Shown here: positions 58,417 to 64,000 of the stretch, piece after piece
Layout: each line of letters begins with the position of its first letter
How positions within the stretch are numbered: position 1 is the stretch's first letter
DNA from: Candidatus Levyibacteriota bacterium
Lineage (GTDB): Bacteria; Patescibacteriota; Microgenomatia; Levybacterales; UBA12049
Assembly (NCBI GenBank): GCA_963790825.1
Contig: CAWBPM010000002.1
Coordinates: 167,159-231,158, forward strand
Direction: 5' to 3'
DNA: 64,000 nt
Program-made: the position numbers and the translations under genes
The notes under the pieces: model-generated
Told to the model about the DNA's origin: nothing
The model's input: the letters and a program-made list of their open reading frames with translations, nothing else
The model's database searches: none

Positions 58417-61149
58417 CTACTCTCCACTTTGTACAGACAGTTCTCTCAGGAAGAGGTTGTAGTCAGAGGCATTGACTGATCCGTCATCGTTAAGGTCACT
58501 CTCTTTTCCGTTAGTTCCGGGACAACTGGTAGGAGGAAGGAAGTCTGAGTAGCAACCAAGGAGTATATTGTAGTCCAGGATATTAAGTGTATTGTCGTTA
58601 TTGATGTCTCCTACGATAAGAGAAACAGGGGGAATGGTTGTAGTTTGTCCTTGAGTAAGTGTAATAATACCGGGGAGTTGTTTTACCAGGTACTTATCAG
58701 TCTTTACCTTTACTAAGTAGGAACCGGTTGGAACAGTACTTCCCAGACTGACACTTCCTGAGAATCCCCCGCTGGAGGGAGAATAGGTAATTGTTCCTGA
58801 AAGAGTAGTAACAAGAACGTTACTTGCGTTTACTACCTGTACGGTTAGTGTACGATTGGGAGTCAGAGGACTTGTATTCCCCGAAGTTCCCGGGGCAACC
58901 GAGTCTCCGGCTGAGCCTATTCCGTGCAGAAGAATACTCGGGAAGGAGAGAGTGGTAGTACCCGGTAGCGGAGTAGGAGTCGGAGTTGCACTGGGCATTA
59001 CAGATGGAGTAGGACTACTGGTTGGTTTAGGAGTTGGGGTATTTGTTGGAGTTGGAGAACTTGCATAAAGAGCGTAATCTCCCTGCATGTCAGGAATAGT
59101 TAATTTGCTAACAGGGTTTCCGTTTCTATCTACATATGATTTACCAGAAGGAAGTGTAACAGTTTGGGTAGTACTTGTCCAGTTAAGATAGACCATAGCG
59201 TTTTGGGTCTGGCGCGAGTAGAGCATATAGCCACTTGGTTGTCCTGATGTCTGTGTCACAACAGTTGATGCAACAGGTAAACCAATAGCCGTCTGCATGG
59301 CAGTGTAATCTGAAGGAGGATCTTCAGGAATGCCAAATTGAGGATCAAAAAACGAATTGGCTGACTGCAGCATGACATAGAAAGTATAGGCACGACGTAA
59401 CTGATCCGGAAGTGTGGTATCATTGGTCAAAACCCATCTATAGACCATTACTTTTCCCTGTGATCCTGCCCAGGTATTATCTTGAAATATCTGATACATT
59501 TCATTGCGCGAATAAGCCCCATAAGAACTACTGTCTCCGTCAATATAGTAACTGTTTAAATCTTCCTGTAAAATACCATCAATATTGGTGTAAATCGGCT
59601 GGAACATACTGTAATCTCCCATTGCTCCGTTGTTACAGATGTAGTGAACATTCGGCGCAAGCTGCTTGACTTTTTGGAAAAAGGTTTGAATCATAGTAAG
59701 ATATTGAGCATCATTTTGCGGATACGGGCTGTCCCATGTGACATTGGGATGATAAACTCCACTACTATCTACTATTCCGTAATCGTAATAATTAAATATA
59801 CAGGTATCCAAAGCAATCCAGGTATTCGGAAGTGCGTTTTTCAGCATGATGGCGTTGACATAGTTGGTGAGGAACCAATTAACGAAGCGGTCATCTGCTA
59901 CGTTCACTGCCCTAAGCCAATACGTCGATGGTTGAGTGGGGGGATTCGTTCCTAAACCTTCAACAAAGTAGACAGGATACTTTACTCCGCTATATGTAGC
60001 GCTGATGAAAAGACTCGGGTAACCCTGTGCAACTTGCGCGTTATCATAGGTAACAAAAGATGAATACGGGAAATCGGTATATCCGGTATCGTCAACCGGA
60101 GCGAAGTGCTGGAACATGCCGTAATGAGCTTTGATTGCATCCGGCGACATAGCGTTCCAGGTTGAGGTATCGGTATGTACTCCCCAGAAAAATCCAATAG
60201 TCGCAAAATTTCCATCGTAAGGAGTACCAAATACCAGCGCGCGCTGCGTCGCCATTACCGTCCGGTTTGAACCGGGGGTGGGCGTAGGTTGGAGAGTAGG
60301 TGAAACAGAATTACAAGTAGAGTTAAGCAGTGTTTCTTCACCGGACCAATAGGTCGGAAGGCTGTCCCACGGATTAGGAAGATTATCGTTTGTTATATAT
60401 AGATATCCAACATTTCGCATTTTAGCAAGAGTTACGGCATTTTGCATAGAGGCTGTGTCAGGAGTCGCATATACAAGATGAGAAAATTTGCTGGCAGGAT
60501 AATTAGATACCCAGCTTGGGACTTGCGCGTTTACATAATTCGCGTACGTATCTTCATATACATTTACAATGTCTCCTATACTCATATATCCCTCGGCCGG
60601 GTAAACTCCGGGATTAAGCTCCACAATAGCATTTGGCGTCTGATGGACATAGTTGGCTAAGTCCTGGTAATACGAATAATAGGTTGATTGATCCGATACT
60701 TCATCAAAAAAGATATCCGTAACGCCGTACCAAGATTTATACGAATCAATTTCTGATTTAACAGTTGCAGAGGATCTCGCACCATAACTTGTATGAACGT
60801 ACCCCAGAACCCTAATTCCTGCATTTTTTGCATTAGTAACCGTTGTAACATAACTTGAGTCCTGCGAACTTCCCGGTCCTGAATTCGGATTCATAATCGC
60901 AATCGACCCAGTCGGAGCGGAGGATATAGTCTGTTGCCAAAGTTGGCCGGGAGAAAAATAGGCAGGAATATTTATTCTGATACAGGTTGTTCCGGCCGCG
61001 TGTTGACGGACTTCCTGCTGTTTTTCAAGTATTGAAACAGTCAGGGGGATTATTGCCAGTAAAAAAAGCAATGTCAGAATACTGATTATCCTCAATCTTT
61101 TGCCGGAAGTAAGTTTAATATTCCGGATAATAAGATGATATTTCTGCAT
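58417..61149 (-). CDS. secreted multidomain protein: spherulin-4-like domain plus additional hydrolase-like domain plus Ig-like domain plus dockerin
   Basis: The N-terminal region IAIMNPNSGPG...GIRVLGYVHTSYG is spherulin-4-like. The C-terminal 180 aa are ~85% identical to the C-terminus of the 519-aa GH114 protein and include the dockerin repeats. Confidence 0.55.
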   Translation of the reverse strand: MQKYHLIIRNIKLTSGKRLRIISILTLLFLLAIIPLTVSILEKQQEVRQHAAGTTCIRINIPAYFSPGQLWQQTISSAPTGSIAIMNPNSGPGSSQDSSYVTTVTNAKNAGIRVLGYVHTSYGARSSATVKSEIDSYKSWYGVTDIFFDEVSDQSTYYSYYQDLANYVHQTPNAIVELNPGVYPAEGYMSIGDIVNVYEDTYANYVNAQVPSWVSNYPASKFSHLVYATPDTASMQNAVTLAKMRNVGYLYITNDNLPNPWDSLPTYWSGEETLLNSTCNSVSPTLQPTPTPGSNRTVMATQRALVFGTPYDGNFATIGFFWGVHTDTSTWNAMSPDAIKAHYGMFQHFAPVDDTGYTDFPYSSFVTYDNAQVAQGYPSLFISATYSGVKYPVYFVEGLGTNPPTQPSTYWLRAVNVADDRFVNWFLTNYVNAIMLKNALPNTWIALDTCIFNYYDYGIVDSSGVYHPNVTWDSPYPQNDAQYLTMIQTFFQKVKQLAPNVHYICNNGAMGDYSMFQPIYTNIDGILQEDLNSYYIDGDSSSYGAYSRNEMYQIFQDNTWAGSQGKVMVYRWVLTNDTTLPDQLRRAYTFYVMLQSANSFFDPQFGIPEDPPSDYTAMQTAIGLPVASTVVTQTSGQPSGYMLYSRQTQNAMVYLNWTSTTQTVTLPSGKSYVDRNGNPVSKLTIPDMQGDYALYASSPTPTNTPTPKPTSSPTPSVMPSATPTPTPLPGTTTLSFPSILLHGIGSAGDSVAPGTSGNTSPLTPNRTLTVQVVNASNVLVTTLSGTITYSPSSGGFSGSVSLGSTVPTGSYLVKVKTDKYLVKQLPGIITLTQGQTTTIPPVSLIVGDINNDNTLNILDYNILLGCYSDFLPPTSCPGTNGKESDLNDDGSVNASDYNLFLRELSVQSGE

Positions 61150-61242
61150 ACCTTTAGCTTAGTTTGCGGAAGAGTATATGTCAATTCTTACAACTTATTC
61201 TAACATCTTGCAACATCTTACAATATCTGATAAATTTATATT

Positions 61243-62229
61243 GTGAAGATTGATTACACCTACCGGGATAATCCGGCGATTCAAGAGAATATTGTTCGTA
61301 TAGAAACTGCAAGAAGAATTATAGATTTTCTGCCCAAATTACCGCATATTGAAGAATCACTTCGGCGTAAATCACTTCTTAAAAGTTCCCTTTTTTCGGC
61401 CAGTATCGAGGGAAATACGCTGGCCATTGAAGAAATTGAAGGAAAAACAGAACAGGCTTTGCAAAACAGGGAAAAACAGGAAGTATATAATATCCTGCGC
61501 GCACTTCGCTGGATAGATACGAATTATGCTAAGGAGCAGCTGTCGGAAAAGTTGATACTTACACTGCACGGAATGGTTATGCAAAAACTGTCGGCTGATT
61601 CTGGAAAACTGCGAACCGAGCCTTCGGCTATTTTTAATCAGGCGGGAATTGCAATCTACATGACTCCTCCGCCTTTAGAAATCAGCAAATTACTGCAAGA
61701 GTTGATTACAATGTCCGGGAAAAAGGAACATGTGGGAATAAAAGCAGGCAAAATTCACTTCGCCTTCGAAAAAATTCACCCGTTTATCGACGGCAACGGA
61801 AGAGTGGGGAGACTCATAAGCACTTTTTTAGTCAAAAGTGCGGGATACGATTTCCGCGGACTTTCGGTTTTAGAGGAATACCTAAATGATAATCGCGATT
61901 TGTACTACAGCGCGCTTTCGCAAACAAATCCGGATATTACAGAATTTGTCGAATTTTTCAGCGCTGCAATTGCCGAGTCTGCAGAAAGGGTAATTGAACT
62001 TCTGCAAAACACAAAAGAGGAGAGACCCGAAGACACGCTTCTTCCCAGGCGGCGGGAAATTCTCGAAGTCATCAGGGATCATGAAAATGCCTCATTTGAT
62101 TTTATTCACCGGAGATTTTTTAAAGTAGCGAAAAGTTCGCTGCATTATGATATCAAGTGCCTTATGCAAAAAGGCTTTATCAGAAAACTGGGAACAACCA
62201 GAGGGGTATTGTATAAGGCAAAGGAGTAA
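61243..62229 (+). CDS. Fic-family protein (second paralog)
   Basis: Fic motif HPFIDGNGRVGR. The N-terminal ...SIEGN region is similar to the Fic protein at 26446..27492. Confidence 0.8.
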   Translation: MKIDYTYRDNPAIQENIVRIETARRIIDFLPKLPHIEESLRRKSLLKSSLFSASIEGNTLAIEEIEGKTEQALQNREKQEVYNILRALRWIDTNYAKEQLSEKLILTLHGMVMQKLSADSGKLRTEPSAIFNQAGIAIYMTPPPLEISKLLQELITMSGKKEHVGIKAGKIHFAFEKIHPFIDGNGRVGRLISTFLVKSAGYDFRGLSVLEEYLNDNRDLYYSALSQTNPDITEFVEFFSAAIAESAERVIELLQNTKEERPEDTLLPRRREILEVIRDHENASFDFIHRRFFKVAKSSLHYDIKCLMQKGFIRKLGTTRGVLYKAKE

Positions 62230-62303
62230 AAAATGTAGCAGAAGAAGGCTAGCGCTTATTATTTTCTTACTTAATATTTGCAAAGTGGTGTTGTAATAAA
62301 AAT

Positions 62304-62507
62304 ATGAAAAAAATACATGTAGTGATTTGGAAAGAAGATGATTGGTATGTTACTAAGGCACTTGAGGTGGAAGTAGCCAGCCAAGGTCGTACAGAAGAAG
62401 AAGCCTCAGCAAATTTAAAAGAAGCTCTGCAGTTATATTTTGAAGATGAACAGAATACAGAATTTACCAACATTAATAATCCCAAGCTGCAAAACATGAC
62501 TGTTTAA
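62304..62507 (+). CDS. HicB-like (UPF0150) antitoxin-fold small protein with no adjacent HicA
   Basis: IHVVIWKEDDWYVTKALEVEVASQGRTEEEASANLKEALQLYFE fits the HicB/UPF0150 pattern. I find no HicA-like ORF next to it. Confidence 0.5.
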   Translation: MKKIHVVIWKEDDWYVTKALEVEVASQGRTEEEASANLKEALQLYFEDEQNTEFTNINNPKLQNMTV

Positions 62508-62950
62508 CTAAAAAGACGCCCAAAACTCTTTACAACACTTTTTATTGTACTTTCTGTCGAGAAAGTTTACCCCCTTGTCTCGCTCCGCTCGCAGGCGAGC
62601 TCAGTCGCTAACGCTCCTTCCGCTCCAAAGCTCTCTGCAAGTGAAATAATTTCTTTTCTGTACTTGTGCCGACAAGTACCAAACTCGTGAGCAGTGAAAG
62701 TCGCGCTAAAATTATTTCATTCGTTAGTCGGGGGATATCACCCCTTCCGGCAATTCGCCGGAATCCCCCTGACAACTCCCGTTCCATAATTTTTATACGC
62801 GCTTTGTTTCAGTGCTCACAAAAAGAACGAAAAACGACCTTAGAGATATATTCTGTAAATGAATCGCTGGGGTCAATTGCAAATACGAGCGATGAGACAC
62901 CGCTTTGCTTCAGACAAGGAGTAGGGGAAATTAAATCAGGAAAATAAGCT

Positions 62951-63517
62951 TTATTTTCCCGTAATTATATTGGAGCCGGTGGTGACGGTGGTTGTGACAG
63001 AAGAGCTTGCATTGCCGGAGGTTACCGTACTGTTTGAGGAAGTATTATTGCTCGAACTGTTTCCGCCGGTGCTGCTAGTTGAATTGATAATATTGGTAAT
63101 CGAGGTATTGTTGGATTGAATCACGGTATTTGAGCAGTTACTACTCACATTAACAGAGGTTACAGAACCCACGCCTCCACCGTAGACCGTCACATCACCC
63201 AGTCCGCAAGTTCCGGTCGGCGTAGGGGTCACTGTAGGCGTTACAGTCGTAGTTGGAGTAGGAGTTGGTGTACTAGTTGGTGTAGGCGTAACGGTCGGTG
63301 TTTCGGTTGGAGTTTCAGTTGGCGTCTCTGTCGGCGTCACAGACACCGTCGGCGTGGGAGTTGGAGTTTCTGTAGGAGTCGGGGTAGGACTGGCCGAGAC
63401 GACAAAGGTAAATCCGGTAGCTTGGGCTGTAGTTTTCAGCTGTGCATAAGTGACGCTGTATGACACGATGCTTAATAAGCTAAAAATCCCTAAACATAAT
63501 AGAAGATATCTTTTCAT
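62951..63517 (-). CDS. secreted Pro/Thr/Ser-rich low-complexity protein
   Basis: Signal peptide, then (TPTE/TPTP) repeats, then an Asn/Ser/Thr-rich tail. The gene overlaps the upstream signal peptidase gene by 4 nt. Confidence 0.5.
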   Translation of the reverse strand: MKRYLLLCLGIFSLLSIVSYSVTYAQLKTTAQATGFTFVVSASPTPTPTETPTPTPTVSVTPTETPTETPTETPTVTPTPTSTPTPTPTTTVTPTVTPTPTGTCGLGDVTVYGGGVGSVTSVNVSSNCSNTVIQSNNTSITNIINSTSSTGGNSSSNNTSSNSTVTSGNASSSVTTTVTTGSNIITGK

Positions 63518-63978
63518 ACTGCCTCCTGCTTCTTCAGTAACTTTTTCTCAATTTCTTTTTTATATTCTTCCTTTATCGTCCAGATTTCAAATCCGACAAA
63601 TAAAAATGTAGGTACTGCAATCAAAAGAATATAGCCTGTAAGTGTCCGCGTGAAAGCGGTTAATCTGCCAAGTAAAGGCGTCTGGAAGATTTCTTTACCA
63701 AAGACCGAGTTTGGACTTACCAAATCCGAATCAGGAGAATTATTGGCATCGCCTTTGGTTTGGAATTGTCCATGCTTTATAGCGACAATCCTATGCGAAA
63801 CATCAATACCATTTCTTTTAAATGTAATGATATCGCCGACTACGTAGTGGGGTTGAGAGCGAACATAAATGACGCTTCCCACCTGAAGTGCCGGTTTCAT
63901 GCTTCCGGATTCTACGGTGTAAGAGCGAATACCATATAAACTACTCCGTGATGTAATTACGGTAAAGATAATCGCCAA
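63514..63978 (-). CDS. SipW-type (Sec11-like) signal peptidase I
   Basis: YTVESGSMKPALQVGSVIYV, GDIITF and HRIVAIKHGQFQTKGDANNSPD parallel the B. subtilis SipW motifs SGSMEP, GD.I.F and HRIV......TKGDNN. There is a C-terminal TM helix. Confidence 0.65.
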   Translation of the reverse strand: MAIIFTVITSRSSLYGIRSYTVESGSMKPALQVGSVIYVRSQPHYVVGDIITFKRNGIDVSHRIVAIKHGQFQTKGDANNSPDSDLVSPNSVFGKEIFQTPLLGRLTAFTRTLTGYILLIAVPTFLFVGFEIWTIKEEYKKEIEKKLLKKQEAV

Positions 63979-64000
63979 TAAAACTACAAAAAGTACTGCT

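Noticed and set aside
62666-62947. 93-aa ORF in the 62508..62950 spacer
   Set aside because: Low-complexity, stop-poor GC-rich stretch. The translated sequence looks non-protein-like, and the region is better explained as structured RNA or spacer.
1-64000. CRISPR arrays or rRNA genes
   Set aside because: I saw no regularly spaced short direct repeats. I saw no rRNA-like conserved stretches; only two tRNAs are evident.
1-64000. Alternative genetic code (UGA recoding, code 25/4)
   Set aside because: Long genes such as mod end at TGA and in-frame TGA is not seen within conserved domains, so the standard code fits.

Overview
This is a low-GC bacterial window, densely coded on both strands. Strong GGAGGTG ribosome-binding sites and TGA stops point to the standard genetic code. 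The gene content (VirB2-like pilins, dockerin proteins, a sedolisin-type S53 peptidase, SecG, a semiSWEET) suggests a candidate-phyla-radiation (CPR)-like lineage, but I cannot confirm taxonomy from sequence alone.

The left ~21.6 kb (<1..~21600) reads as a decaying integrative/conjugative-element-like island ending at a tRNA-Lys(UUU) gene. It carries a type IV secretion module: VirB4 ATPase (split, running off the window edge), a VirB3-like protein, a VirB2-pilin/VirB6 fusion and a VirB2-like pilin. It also carries an intact Type III restriction-modification Mod/Res pair, an OLD-family ATPase-Toprim nuclease resembling Gabija GajA, and an uncharacterised 5-gene operon with two exported proteins, a macro-like protein, a (p)ppGpp-hydrolase-like HD protein and a small protein. 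Further right within the island are a DUF2958 gene, a replication-relaxation gene, a multiply frameshifted VirD4/TraG-type coupling protein (T4CP) pseudogene, and a large serine recombinase whose ORF reads into the 3' end of the tRNA-Lys. A 21-bp motif (AATTTGACTTCTTAGCCACAA) recurs three times in intergenic spacers of this island.

The rest looks like chromosome: tRNA-Glu(UUC), a glycosyltransferase family 2 (GT2) gene, two Fic proteins, a semiSWEET, UvrA (with an odd 48-nt duplicated start), a transglutaminase-like secreted protein overlapping a UvrC that lacks its C-terminal helix-hairpin-helix (HhH) domain, an HD nucleotidase, a family-5 solute-binding protein (SBP), SecG, a YvcK-like gene, a sigma-70 factor, RNase HII, a sedolisin (S53) peptidase, and methyltransferase-like genes.

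Mobile and repeat features include an IS481-family insertion with a 5-bp TTTTC target-site duplication, and an IS1-family transposase sitting inside a ~3.2 kb module bounded by perfect 20-bp inverted repeats, which also holds a second replication-relaxation paralog. Two paralogous secreted dockerin-bearing enzymes (a GH114 and a spherulin-4-like protein) share a near-identical ~540-nt 3' region. A SipW-type signal peptidase sits next to a Pro/Thr-rich secreted protein at the right edge. I found no rRNA genes and no CRISPR array.
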